Shown one piece after another: positions 46,671 through 55,689 of a stretch of DNA of 64,000 bases. The notes beneath the pieces are model-generated. The model was not told the DNA's origin and did no database searches. It was given only the letters and a program-made list of their open reading frames with translations. Origin of the DNA: a virus; the IMG/VR virus record IMGVR_UViG_3300033412_000010, positions 3,346-67,345 of that record. The stretch is one strand, 5' to 3'. The position numbers were made by a program, and so were the translations under genes. Within the stretch, counting starts at the first letter, position 1; each line of letters starts with the position of its first letter.

Positions 46671-46962
46671 CGACTTCAAAAAATGCGTGATCTGTTCAGC
46701 CGATTCATGCGTTGAACTCTTGATCGGTCCAACGTGTTCAGGATGCGTTGAGAAGCTTTCAAATCGCGTTCTGCTGGAAGGCGTCATCACGCAGGACTCG
46801 ACCTGTTTGGAAGAGTTGAACGCAACTCAGGCCGAATTCAAACGGCGCACGGCTCGTCTTTTGCGAAAGGCTCGAAATGTCTGTCTCGGATTATCAGAAG
46901 TTCCTGGCGAGCAAATCGCAACTGGCGACGATGGACGGATTCGAACCGCTTTGGCTCCCTGA
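46663..46962 (+). CDS. zinc-finger hypothetical protein
   Basis: CVIC...CSGC; overlaps both neighbours. Confidence 0.5.
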   Translation: MSDDFKKCVICSADSCVELLIGPTCSGCVEKLSNRVLLEGVITQDSTCLEELNATQAEFKRRTARLLRKARNVCLGLSEVPGEQIATGDDGRIRTALAP

Positions 46963-48256
46963 TTGGATGTTCGATTTCCAGCAGATCATGACGACATGGG
47001 CGATTCAAAAAGGACGTGCGCTGTTGATCGAGGAATGCGGACTCGGGAAGGGGCCGCAACAATTAGTCTTCTGTGAGAACGTCATCCGAAAAACGAACGG
47101 CAAATCGTTAATCATGGCTCCGCTGGCCGTGGCTCATCAACTCGTAACAGAGGCGGAAAAGTTCGGGATTGATGCGAAGTTGTCGCGCGACGGGAAACCG
47201 CACAAGAACATCACGATCGGAAACTACGAATCGATCCATAAGTTCGACGAAGCCGATTTCAATTGCGTGAGCGGCGACGAGATTTCCGCGGCGAAAGCGT
47301 TCGATGGGAAGCGCCGGAAACAGATCACGCGATTCATGTCGAAGATGCCATATCGACTCGGAGCGACGGCGACAGCAGCACCGAACGATTACATCGAACT
47401 CGGGACGATTTCAGAACTCCTGGGACACATGACGCAATCGGACATGCTCGGGACTTTCTTCAAGTCCAGCGATAAGAAACGGCACTCACTGTTCAAGGAA
47501 GGCGACTTTTGGAACAGGGCCAAGTATTTCTTCCGTGCGCATTCGGAAGATCCGTTTTGGAAGTGGGTTTGCTCGTGGGCGCGCGCGATCCGTTCTCCGA
47601 AAGACATCGGCTGTGACGATTCGCGATTCATCCTGCCGGAACTAACGATCACGCAGCATGTCGTTCCGACGCGGTTCAGGTTTCCAGGAGAATTGTTCGT
47701 CCGCGTTGCAGTGACGCTGGCAGAACAACGAGAGGAGCGAAAGCGGTCGCTTGAGGAACGCTGTCAAATGGTCGCGAAGTTGGTCGACCATAAGGAACCG
47801 GCGCTGGTCTGGTGTCAGTACAACCAAGAGGGCGAGCTACTCACCAAATTGATTCCTGGAGCGGTTGAGGTGGCCGGGCGGCATTCGGACGAAGAGAAGG
47901 CCGAACGCCTCAATGGCTTCGCAAAAGGCGAGTTCCGAGTTCTGGTGACGAAGCCGAAGATTGCCTGCTTCGGTCTGAACTATCAGCATTGCGGGCATCA
48001 CACTTTCTTTCCAAGTCATTCACATGAGCAGTGGCATCAATGTATCCGCAGGTCCTTGAGGTTCGGGCGCGTCGGTCCCGTTCGCTGTGATGTCATCGCG
48101 ACAGAAGGCGAAGCCGGAGTAACCGACAATCTGAAGTCGAAGCAGGTCAAGGCGGAAAAGATGTTCGACAAGTTGATTCGCCTGATGAATCACGGAGAAC
48201 ATCTGACAATTCCAGAAAACCATATTCAACCAATGGAGATCCCGGCATGGCTGTGA
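46877..48256 (+). CDS. SNF2/DEAD-like helicase
   Basis: CGLGKG, degenerate GDEIS Walker B, TATAAPND, TKPKIACFGLN, RRSLRFG. Confidence 0.85.
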   Translation: MSVSDYQKFLASKSQLATMDGFEPLWLPDWMFDFQQIMTTWAIQKGRALLIEECGLGKGPQQLVFCENVIRKTNGKSLIMAPLAVAHQLVTEAEKFGIDAKLSRDGKPHKNITIGNYESIHKFDEADFNCVSGDEISAAKAFDGKRRKQITRFMSKMPYRLGATATAAPNDYIELGTISELLGHMTQSDMLGTFFKSSDKKRHSLFKEGDFWNRAKYFFRAHSEDPFWKWVCSWARAIRSPKDIGCDDSRFILPELTITQHVVPTRFRFPGELFVRVAVTLAEQREERKRSLEERCQMVAKLVDHKEPALVWCQYNQEGELLTKLIPGAVEVAGRHSDEEKAERLNGFAKGEFRVLVTKPKIACFGLNYQHCGHHTFFPSHSHEQWHQCIRRSLRFGRVGPVRCDVIATEGEAGVTDNLKSKQVKAEKMFDKLIRLMNHGEHLTIPENHIQPMEIPAWL

Positions 48257-49266
48257 TAGCCCAAAGCATCAACGATCAACGAGCGATCTACAACGCCGAC
48301 TGCATGGAAGTCCTGCCTTCATTGAGATCGGATTCGATCGGCGTTTCTATTTACAGTCCTCCTTTCCCGGAAACATACGCTTATTCGAACGATCCGCGGG
48401 ATATGTCGAACTGCGCGACGTATGAGGAAGGGATCGCACAGTATCAGTTCATCGTGAACGAAATCTTTCGACTGACCAGACGGGGCCGCTTGACCTGCGT
48501 GCATTGCATGGATCTGAAGCGAGGCTCGTTCTTTCAACGGGACTTTCCAGGGGACATCATTCGCGCTCACGAAAAGGCCGGTTTCAATTTCGTTTGCCGT
48601 GTGACGATTTGGAAGGATCCGTGGCTCGTCGCGCGGCGAACTCGGATGAAGTCGCTCCGTCACAAAAACATCTGCGAAGATTCGTCGACAGTGCGCATCG
48701 GGCCGGCGGATTACGTTCTTGTGTTCAAGAAAGGCTGGCAGACGGATGTGAAGATCAAGCATCCGCTTGGATTGAAAACCTATGCTGGAGCGAGAGAGAT
48801 ACCGCCAGAACTGGTTCAGCAGTTCAAGAACTACGAAGGGGACCAACGAAAGAACTTCTTGAGTCATTGGATATGGCGGGCCTATGCTTCACCGGTCTGG
48901 ATGGACATTCGGACAGGGCGCCTGATGCCGTTCAATGAGTCGAAGGAAAGTGATGAGGAGCAGCACGTTTGTCCGCTTCAGTTGGATGTCATCGAACGGC
49001 TGCTGACGCTTTACAGCAATGAGGGGGATACGCTGCTGACGCCATTCGCGGGAGTCGGGAGCGAACCGTATATGGCGCTTCGAATGGGGCGTCCTGCGGT
49101 CGGAATCGAGTTGAAGCCAAGCTATTATCGGCAGATGCTCAAGAACCTGAAAAAGGTAAACGAACCGGAAGTCATCGCCGAAGAACCAATGCTGCCGGGC
49201 TTCGATGAGTTCGACGCTTGGGACGTCAATTGGGAAGATGATGAATCGGAAGTTGAAGCTCCATGA
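48247..49266 (+). CDS. amino-DNA methyltransferase (N4/N6 family, beta class)
   Basis: SIYSPPF motif IV, HVCPLQL, TPFAGVGSE motif I, GIELKPSY. Confidence 0.88.
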   Translation: MAVIAQSINDQRAIYNADCMEVLPSLRSDSIGVSIYSPPFPETYAYSNDPRDMSNCATYEEGIAQYQFIVNEIFRLTRRGRLTCVHCMDLKRGSFFQRDFPGDIIRAHEKAGFNFVCRVTIWKDPWLVARRTRMKSLRHKNICEDSSTVRIGPADYVLVFKKGWQTDVKIKHPLGLKTYAGAREIPPELVQQFKNYEGDQRKNFLSHWIWRAYASPVWMDIRTGRLMPFNESKESDEEQHVCPLQLDVIERLLTLYSNEGDTLLTPFAGVGSEPYMALRMGRPAVGIELKPSYYRQMLKNLKKVNEPEVIAEEPMLPGFDEFDAWDVNWEDDESEVEAP

Positions 49267-49345
49267 TTCAGAAGCGGAATTGACAAACGCGCCGCCAAGT
49301 CTCACGATTTCCCCCGTTCGATTCACTCTTGCGGGGGATTTGTGC

Positions 49346-49741
49346 ATGTCTTCAAAACTTGAAACGGAATCGCGAGTCATCAGTTCAGGGCTTTCGGCCT
49401 CTCTCGGATTCGATCCGATTTCCATCGTGACGGCGCTTTTGCCGATCCTGTTGAACTGCTTCAACAGTCAGGAAACCGGGAACGCTGCGGAGTTCCTGAA
49501 AGATCGGTATGACGAGCCGACGGGCAAGTTTGATCAGCATCTTCTGGAGCGAGCGAGGCCGGCGGCGAGACGTGCGGCACGCAAGGCATTCCGGGCCGGT
49601 CAGTCCGACAAAAAGCATTTGTCGACCGAACAATTGGACGAGATCACGTCACAGGCGTTTAAGCACGCGATGGAAGCTGATGACGACATCCTTCAGGCCT
49701 GTGCGACGGAAGCATCCAGCATCAATACCGATGCTGAATAA
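49346..49741 (+). CDS. hypothetical protein with hydrophobic N-terminal segment
   Basis: FDPISIVTALLPILLNC; own promoter-like TTGACA upstream. Confidence 0.7.
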   Translation: MSSKLETESRVISSGLSASLGFDPISIVTALLPILLNCFNSQETGNAAEFLKDRYDEPTGKFDQHLLERARPAARRAARKAFRAGQSDKKHLSTEQLDEITSQAFKHAMEADDDILQACATEASSINTDAE

Positions 49742-49783
49742 CGGTCGGTTCGTTTCTCAACTCGTTTGCGGGGAGTAACAGTT

Positions 49784-51031
49784 ATGAGTCAGGGAGAAAA
49801 TCCCAATCCGGTTCCGAACCCAATTCAACCGGTTCCAGGTCCGGCGCCAGTCGTCGTTCAAAAGACGCTTGAAGATCGCATCTTCGCTTTCGTTCCGGTC
49901 GCCCTGATGGTCCTGGTGATGGTTGCGGTCAACCGCGGCTGGCTCACGAAGGACCAAGCCGACGCCGTCAATAAGGCGATTCCGATCGTCTTCAGTTCGT
50001 CGTCTCAAAATGAAGACGGGAAGCCATCCGTCGAAGTATCGACAGGCAAGAACGCTGCCGGGTCCGATACGGTGATCGTCAAACAGCAGGGGATGACGTC
50101 AGCGCCGCAGATGACGGCCGACGACTTCGAAAAATGGCTTCCGCTCATTCAGAAGGGCGCTGAGATCCTGAAGCCGATCTTTAATCCGCCAACTCCAACG
50201 CCGATTCCAGGGCCGACGCCCGCCGAACAAACGCTGCTGGATCAGGTAAAGCAACTCCAGGACATCGTCAACAATCTGTTGAAACCGCCAGCGCCAATCC
50301 ATGTCGAACCGAAACCGGTCCCGATCGAACCAAAGCCGACGCCGGTCGATCCAGGCGGTTCGAAGATCGTCGTCACAGACGAACAGGGCAAACCGATCAC
50401 GGCGGCCACGATCGAGGCGGGGATCCTGTTCCAGGTCGGTTCAACGGTCGCGGGCGCAAATGCTGGCTGGTCGGTCTCTCGGAATGGCGACGTCTCAATG
50501 GTGACGCTGGCCAATAACTCTGGTTACGTCTGCTATTTGAAGCCGGGGGCATGGGTCGAGTTTCATCTGACGGACTTTGGCAGCCGGCAGCAGTTGGTTC
50601 TGAGAATCACTTGCAATCAGGGCCCTCAACCTCCGCCGAAGCCGGTCGATCCGATTCCGGCAGTCGATGTGAAACCGAAACCCGCGACGGACCTGCGGGT
50701 TTTTGTCGTTTACGAATCGAGCCAGAACCATTCCAGGCAGCAGGATTTGATCCTGGCTTCGATCGTCTCCGGCAAGCTGAATGAAACGCTCAATTCGAAA
50801 TGCTCGAAGGGAGCCGACGGGCGGCCGAACTGGCGACGCTGGGACAAGGACATCATTTTTGATCCTGCGAGCCCGATGGGTAAACTATTTGCTGCAGTCA
50901 AGGAACCGGCGATGTCGAAGGGCTTACCGGCAATCGTGGTGACGTGCGGCGAAGACTCGACGATCTATCCTGTCGGGGCCGATGCGACCGAAGATTCGAT
51001 CATTTCAGTTCTCACTTGCGGAGCGAGTTGA
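49784..51031 (+). CDS. membrane-anchored Pro-rich protein
   Basis: N-terminal TM helix, PVP/PTP linkers, C-terminal domain with WRRWD motif. Confidence 0.7.
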   Translation: MSQGENPNPVPNPIQPVPGPAPVVVQKTLEDRIFAFVPVALMVLVMVAVNRGWLTKDQADAVNKAIPIVFSSSSQNEDGKPSVEVSTGKNAAGSDTVIVKQQGMTSAPQMTADDFEKWLPLIQKGAEILKPIFNPPTPTPIPGPTPAEQTLLDQVKQLQDIVNNLLKPPAPIHVEPKPVPIEPKPTPVDPGGSKIVVTDEQGKPITAATIEAGILFQVGSTVAGANAGWSVSRNGDVSMVTLANNSGYVCYLKPGAWVEFHLTDFGSRQQLVLRITCNQGPQPPPKPVDPIPAVDVKPKPATDLRVFVVYESSQNHSRQQDLILASIVSGKLNETLNSKCSKGADGRPNWRRWDKDIIFDPASPMGKLFAAVKEPAMSKGLPAIVVTCGEDSTIYPVGADATEDSIISVLTCGAS

Positions 51032-51033
51032 TT

Positions 51034-51819
51034 ATGGGTTCCAGCATTTCTCCGAACGAAATTCTGTTTGACGACGATACGCCGGACGATCATCCGGCTT
51101 TCGAACCTCCTGAAGGGTTTGCGAAGGGGATTCGAACGGACGAACCAAGGGGATTCGGCGCGGAGATGCCGACATTTCCCAAGGAACTTGTGATTCCGAG
51201 ATCGGAATGGATTCCGCGCATTCAGGAAATGGAAGAAACGCAAACTCGGATCAGTGATTTGATTCGAAAAGTGCGGATGCCCGTCAAAATGCAGACGATC
51301 AATTACTGCTGGGAATTCGCGCTCATGAATGCGCTCCAGGTGATTTGGTTGCAGCAAGGCCAAGGCTTGATTTCACTGTCGCCCGCGTTCGGCGGTTGCC
51401 AAATCACTGGTTTCAGAAACGTCGGCGGCTGGACCTTGGACGCGCTTCAATTCAACGTTGAGCATGGGGCCTGTCTGTCATCGACGTGGCCTGACAATGC
51501 GATCGATCACCGATATCTGACGGCCGAAGCCAAGGCTGAAGCGTTGAAATATCGCATCCTGGAATGGTGGAATCTTCAGCCGCGGAATCTTGATGAACTC
51601 ATGTCGTGTTTGCTGCGAAGAATTCCGGTTCCATGCGGCGACAGCGATTGGGGCCACGAGACGTTGGCGGTCGATCCGGTCTACGTCAACGGAACATTCG
51701 GCCGCCGAGGATGGAACACTTGGGGCGAAAATTGGGGCGATTATGGATTCTTCATTCGCGCCGGAAGCAAGGCGCCGGCGGACGATGCGCTTGCTCCACG
51801 AACCGCAATGGCTTCCTGA
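51034..51819 (+). CDS. papain-like C1 cysteine peptidase
   Basis: QTINYCWEFA (Gln/Cys), WGHETLAV (His), WNTWGENWGDYGF (Asn). Confidence 0.82.
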   Translation: MGSSISPNEILFDDDTPDDHPAFEPPEGFAKGIRTDEPRGFGAEMPTFPKELVIPRSEWIPRIQEMEETQTRISDLIRKVRMPVKMQTINYCWEFALMNALQVIWLQQGQGLISLSPAFGGCQITGFRNVGGWTLDALQFNVEHGACLSSTWPDNAIDHRYLTAEAKAEALKYRILEWWNLQPRNLDELMSCLLRRIPVPCGDSDWGHETLAVDPVYVNGTFGRRGWNTWGENWGDYGFFIRAGSKAPADDALAPRTAMAS

Positions 51820-51829
51820 AAGGTCGATC

Positions 51830-52579
51830 ATGATTCGATTCTGTTTGATCGCATCGTTGCTGGTTCCGTCCGTCTGCATGGCTGAGATCAAATTCGGGGA
51901 ACTGCCGAAACCGTCAGCGCCAAAGGCCAGCGAACCGGAGAAACCGGAAGCGGCGCCAACTCCTCATGCGGAAGTCTCCCGGGTACTCGGGCTGCTGCCG
52001 AAGCCTGAAGTCGCGTTCGTCGATTTCGGTTGCGGGGCCGATGCGCGATGGTGCATTGCTGCGGCAGAGAAGTGGGGTTGCAAGGCCATCGGAATCGAGA
52101 TCGATCCGACTCGGGCCGCGTTGGCGAAACGTCGCGTGAAGGAAGCCGGCCTGGAGCGTGCTGTAACGATCGTCGAAGGGGACGCAATCACGACAGATGT
52201 TCAGGCTGACGTGGGGGTCGCGTACCTGTACCCTGCGGTCATGGATCGACTGAAGCCACGGATTGAAAAGCTTCGGGCGTTCGCTTCGTACATTCATCAG
52301 CCGGCGGGAATCGCTGCCGTCAAGAATGGTGACTCGTGGATTTATACAGGGCCGATAGCTGTCGCGTCGCAACCTCGCGCGGCGGTCTGGAATGGGCAGT
52401 TATATTCAGGTCCGCTCTGTTCAAACCCAGCTTGCGGGATGTGTAATTCAATCCGTTCGCAACTCTCACAACGGACGGCTGCGGAAACCGTATCGCCTGC
52501 GAAAGGTCATTACGAGACTCGCAAATTCTGTAACGGTCGATCATGCTGGTTCGCCAACGTTTGGGTTCCTGACAATTGA
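51830..52579 (+). CDS. class I SAM-dependent methyltransferase with signal peptide
   Basis: MIRFCLIASLLVPSVCMA leader; FVDFGCGADAR, GIEIDP, VAYLY motifs; Cys-containing tail. Confidence 0.75.
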   Translation: MIRFCLIASLLVPSVCMAEIKFGELPKPSAPKASEPEKPEAAPTPHAEVSRVLGLLPKPEVAFVDFGCGADARWCIAAAEKWGCKAIGIEIDPTRAALAKRRVKEAGLERAVTIVEGDAITTDVQADVGVAYLYPAVMDRLKPRIEKLRAFASYIHQPAGIAAVKNGDSWIYTGPIAVASQPRAAVWNGQLYSGPLCSNPACGMCNSIRSQLSQRTAAETVSPAKGHYETRKFCNGRSCWFANVWVPDN

Positions 52580-52648
52580 ATCGTCGTTCAATTGGTCGAC
52601 TGACATTCTGGTCATGGTCTGTTGATTCATTCCAGCATAGGGCTATTG

Positions 52649-52987
52649 ATGTGGTGGATGCTGGCCGAAGACATTTCTGCCGTGCCGACTGGCGGTCAAT
52701 TCGTGACGGCCGGGACGGTGGCGCTCGCCGCCCTGACGGCATTCTTTTCTTGGCTGACGAACAGAGATCGGCTGAAGTTCGATTTCGAAAAGAACAATCT
52801 GAGAAAAGACAATGAGCGATTGACGGCAGACGTTGCGGAACTGCAAGCGGATGCGCGGCAATGCCACGAGGACAAGGAAGAACTCGTCCAGGCTCTCAGT
52901 GAAGAACGTCGCGATCGAGAGGCGCAATTCAAGAGCCTGAACGAACGATTGATCGAACTTCGTGAAATGGCGGAGCGCAAAACATGA
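52649..52987 (+). CDS. TM plus coiled-coil protein (lysis-associated candidate)
   Basis: AGTVALAALTAFFSWL TM followed by coiled coil. Confidence 0.65.
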   Translation: MWWMLAEDISAVPTGGQFVTAGTVALAALTAFFSWLTNRDRLKFDFEKNNLRKDNERLTADVAELQADARQCHEDKEELVQALSEERRDREAQFKSLNERLIELREMAERKT

Positions 52988-53388
52988 GCGATGAATCGTT
53001 CGTCATTACCGATTTCGACGCGAGGGGCGTTGTCGGAGAGGCCGTGCCGATGATCGGCGTGCGGCAAAAAGACGAGAAAATCTATTGGTCGAACTCCAGC
53101 GTCGAATCCCTGTTTGGCTGTGAGATCATTCGCGGGCTGCGCGGTGAGCGGTTTGATTCGCTGATGCCGGAACGTTTCAGGACGGTCCACGAATCGCATT
53201 GGAAGCGTTACTGGAAGCGGCCTGTCCTGCGTATGATGGCAACGCGCCCCCTGGAATGTCGCCGAACGGACGGAAGCGAATTCAAATCAGAAATTCTGTT
53301 GATCCCCTGCAAATTCAGCGGTGAAAAGGGCTGTATGGTCGTTTTCGTGCCAGAATCAGCCAAACTGGACGACAGCGCAATCCATTGA
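52984..53388 (+). CDS. stand-alone PAS domain protein
   Basis: SNSSVESLFG..L.G..FDSLMPERFRTVH..., ECRRTDGSEF.SEI motifs. Confidence 0.8.
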   Translation: MSDESFVITDFDARGVVGEAVPMIGVRQKDEKIYWSNSSVESLFGCEIIRGLRGERFDSLMPERFRTVHESHWKRYWKRPVLRMMATRPLECRRTDGSEFKSEILLIPCKFSGEKGCMVVFVPESAKLDDSAIH

Positions 53389-53468
53389 TGGTCTTATAAA
53401 AACACAAGACATTGCGACGGATGAATCGCAACGGTACAGTCGCCCCATTCAATTTGAGGGGGCCGACG

Positions 53469-53864
53469 ATGGACGAACTCAGGGATCATTGTTTGGCTGG
53501 CGCCGCCGTCGGGTCTCTCGCTTCAATTCTGCGATTCAAGCCGAATAAGAGCGGCCTGTTGATTGCGGTGTTTCTCGGTTCGTACGTTGAGGTTCTGGCA
53601 ACATTTCTGTTCAATGGGGCGGTCGCGTATCTTTTCGGCCCTGCGGCGTGTGAAATGCTGCTACCCTTGTGCGGGGTCGAAAAAACGCAGAACGCTTGCA
53701 TTGCTCTCGGCGGGGCGATTGCTCTGGCATGTCCCTGGATCTTCAAAAACCTCTTGCCGCTCTTGTCGTTAAAGCTGGAGACGTTCGTTAGAGCCTTGAA
53801 TCCCAAGTTGATTCTTGAGAGATTGCTGCGGTTATGGGGCGACGATAAAAGGGGCTCAAAATGA
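53469..53864 (+). CDS. multi-pass membrane protein (holin candidate)
   Basis: Three hydrophobic segments; basic C-terminus. Confidence 0.6.
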   Translation: MDELRDHCLAGAAVGSLASILRFKPNKSGLLIAVFLGSYVEVLATFLFNGAVAYLFGPAACEMLLPLCGVEKTQNACIALGGAIALACPWIFKNLLPLLSLKLETFVRALNPKLILERLLRLWGDDKRGSK

Positions 53865-54355
53865 CCGAACAGGAACGCGAACGCGCAGAAGTGGAAGGTC
53901 AGGCGCTGGCTGACGTCGTCACGGAGAAGATTCGCGGCGAGATTTGGAAGGCGTCGGCGACCTGGTCAGCGATTGCCGCCTTCATCCTGTTATGCTGTTA
54001 CAGGTCCGATTTCGCGGTCCTGCGGGCCGAGATCCGAAGCATTAAGGCCGGTCCGGCTGCCATGCAGCAGCAACAGGTAACGTTTAAGGGCGCCGACTCC
54101 GAAGCGGAGTTACGGCATCAAAGGATCTTGCACATTCTCGCACAGGGAAAATCGAATGCCGCGAACTTGCACGGACATCCAGACCGATTACACACAGGTC
54201 AAAGCCGAGATCACGAACAAGGAAGCGGAGATCACGGATCAGCAGGCGACGGTGACGGAGGCCGGGGCGGCATTAGACGCAGCGAATGCAACGCTGACGA
54301 CCTTGCAGAACGATCTGATGGAGCTTCAGACGACGAAGGATTGTCTGGAAAGTGA
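53861..54355 (+). CDS. single-TM protein
   Basis: ATWSAIAAFILLCCY TM; ATGA-coupled; 3' part overlaps the next ORF. Confidence 0.6.
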   Translation: MTEQERERAEVEGQALADVVTEKIRGEIWKASATWSAIAAFILLCCYRSDFAVLRAEIRSIKAGPAAMQQQQVTFKGADSEAELRHQRILHILAQGKSNAANLHGHPDRLHTGQSRDHEQGSGDHGSAGDGDGGRGGIRRSECNADDLAERSDGASDDEGLSGK

Positions 54356-54392
54356 GGCTTCGATGCACGATCCCGTCTGTTCGCTGAGTTAA
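54156..54392 (+). CDS. short coiled-coil protein with terminal cysteines
   Basis: Clear heptad pattern; GGGA RBS. Confidence 0.6.
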   Translation: MPRTCTDIQTDYTQVKAEITNKEAEITDQQATVTEAGAALDAANATLTTLQNDLMELQTTKDCLESEASMHDPVCSLS

Positions 54393-54405
54393 TCGCGAAA
54401 GATTG

Positions 54406-54431
54406 TGATCCGACGGCGGATGTCTTGCGTT
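54406..54431 (+). promoter_or_regulatory. TGATCC-N16-CGTT motif
   Basis: TGATCC 54406-54411, CGTT 54428-54431. Confidence 0.7.
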
Positions 54432-54512
54432 GACGCTTTTGCGTCCGTAAACTCAATCCGCCGAACTGGAAATCCGGTACTGTCCGCCAACTTTGGACAT
54501 GGGGGGTGACCG

Positions 54513-54782
54513 ATGAATGACAGGCATTCTCTCACCGACCACAGTTGGGTGATGATTTGGCTTGGAGTGACAGCCGTTGTTGCATTTGTGATTGGTCGCC
54601 TGACACACCATTCGCAGATCGCAGATGCCATACGGATTGTCGGATACTTGGTGTTCTGCTCTTGTCTACTTCCGCTGATTGCTGGCCTGAGTCGGCTGCA
54701 AAAGAGAATGGATGACAGGATAAGTCTGAACAAGAGCCGTCAGCAATTGCAAAACGCCAAGAACGAGAAGCACGATCGTTAG
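54513..54782 (+). CDS. two-TM small membrane protein
   Basis: Two hydrophobic helices; GGGGGTG RBS. Confidence 0.6.
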   Translation: MNDRHSLTDHSWVMIWLGVTAVVAFVIGRLTHHSQIADAIRIVGYLVFCSCLLPLIAGLSRLQKRMDDRISLNKSRQQLQNAKNEKHDR

Positions 54783-54971
54783 TGTCTTGATGTGTACTGT
54801 CAGGTCTCGGACTTCAGCTTGGAGCTTGAGATTCTCTTCGGTAGCCAGTGAGCTTTCCGCTGCGGCGGCATCCATCGCCATTGCCGACTTGCGGAACTGA
54901 ACGCGATAATCAGTTAAACCAATGCGCCGAAGGCAGAAACACCAATCTGCCCAAAGAGCGGTGATGCGCAA
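54666..54971 (-). CDS. putative membrane protein (minus strand)
   Basis: Coiled segment plus TM TLTIVLLVLGVLQLLTALV. Confidence 0.45.
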   Translation of the reverse strand: MRITALWADWCFCLRRIGLTDYRVQFRKSAMAMDAAAAESSLATEENLKLQAEVRDLTVHIKTLTIVLLVLGVLQLLTALVQTYPVIHSLLQPTQASNQRK

Positions 54972-54983
54972 GAGATAGGGTCT

Positions 54984-55184
54984 TTACTCGGCAATTGAGA
55001 ACGTTTCCGAACGCCGGGACGCTTCTGCCGCAGCCAAGAGCAGTTTCTGACCGTCCGGGGTCTTGACGACGATGGCGAGCGCATCGAGGATCACAGGTTC
55101 GCCGAAAGTGACGATGACTGCTTCCATGATCGAAACCGCCTGTTTCAGTCGAAGTTCGTCCTTGGCCTGTTTGTTCTCTGGCAT
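54984..55184 (-). CDS. small hypothetical protein (minus strand)
   Basis: 66-aa helical ORF with AGGAG RBS on the minus strand. Confidence 0.55.
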   Translation of the reverse strand: MPENKQAKDELRLKQAVSIMEAVIVTFGEPVILDALAIVVKTPDGQKLLLAAAEASRRSETFSIAE

Positions 55185-55251
55185 CGCTCAAAATCTCCTG
55201 TTGCCCGTCTGAACGCACGAAACCGGGTTTTGGATCATTCCATCATTCTTT

Positions 55252-55277
55252 TGATCCGAACGGACTGACGAAGCGTT
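55252..55277 (+). promoter_or_regulatory. TGATCC-N16-CGTT motif
   Basis: TGATCC 55252-55257, CGTT 55274-55277; precedes the structured region. Confidence 0.7.
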
Positions 55278-55282
55278 GACAG

Positions 55283-55645
55283 TCTCAGCGGTTGTGATAC
55301 GATCAGAACGTCGATTTGGCAATCGGCACAGATCACTACAACCGCAAAGTCCAATGGACTCGAAGTGGATTGAGCATGTTCGTAGTGGTCCGTGCTTGAT
55401 CCCGCCCGCCAAGGCCGAGTCCATTGGACTTTTCGCTTTGACGGCTCGCCAATTGACCGCATGAAACTGGGCATGGTCAATGAGCGGTGCAAGTCCGACG
55501 CCCGACGCCTATGCGTGACTGAGGCTGAGAGACCATCTGCGGAAGCCGGGATGAAGCCGTCATCTGCTTTCTTGCAGCACAGATCCCATACTATCTTCCG
55601 GCTCATGAAGTCGTGGGATAGTAGGGAAACTGTCGCTGCAAAAAC
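55283..55645 (+). ncRNA. candidate large structured non-coding RNA
   Basis: Four consecutive multi-stem domains including a perfect 17-bp stem (55346-55362 / 55416-55432); no convincing ORF; family unknown; strand inferred from the upstream motif. Confidence 0.5.
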
Positions 55646-55689
55646 CGAACAAAGCCATCATTCACAAGAAACAATTCAGGGGTTTAATC

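Noticed and set aside
53861-54392. Overlapping pair as i-spanin/o-spanin
   Set aside because: The downstream ORF has no signal peptide or lipobox, so it is not a canonical o-spanin.
55265-55290. Hammerhead ribozyme core CTGACGA
   Set aside because: No stem II followed by GAAA; the sequence lies in the promoter-motif spacer.
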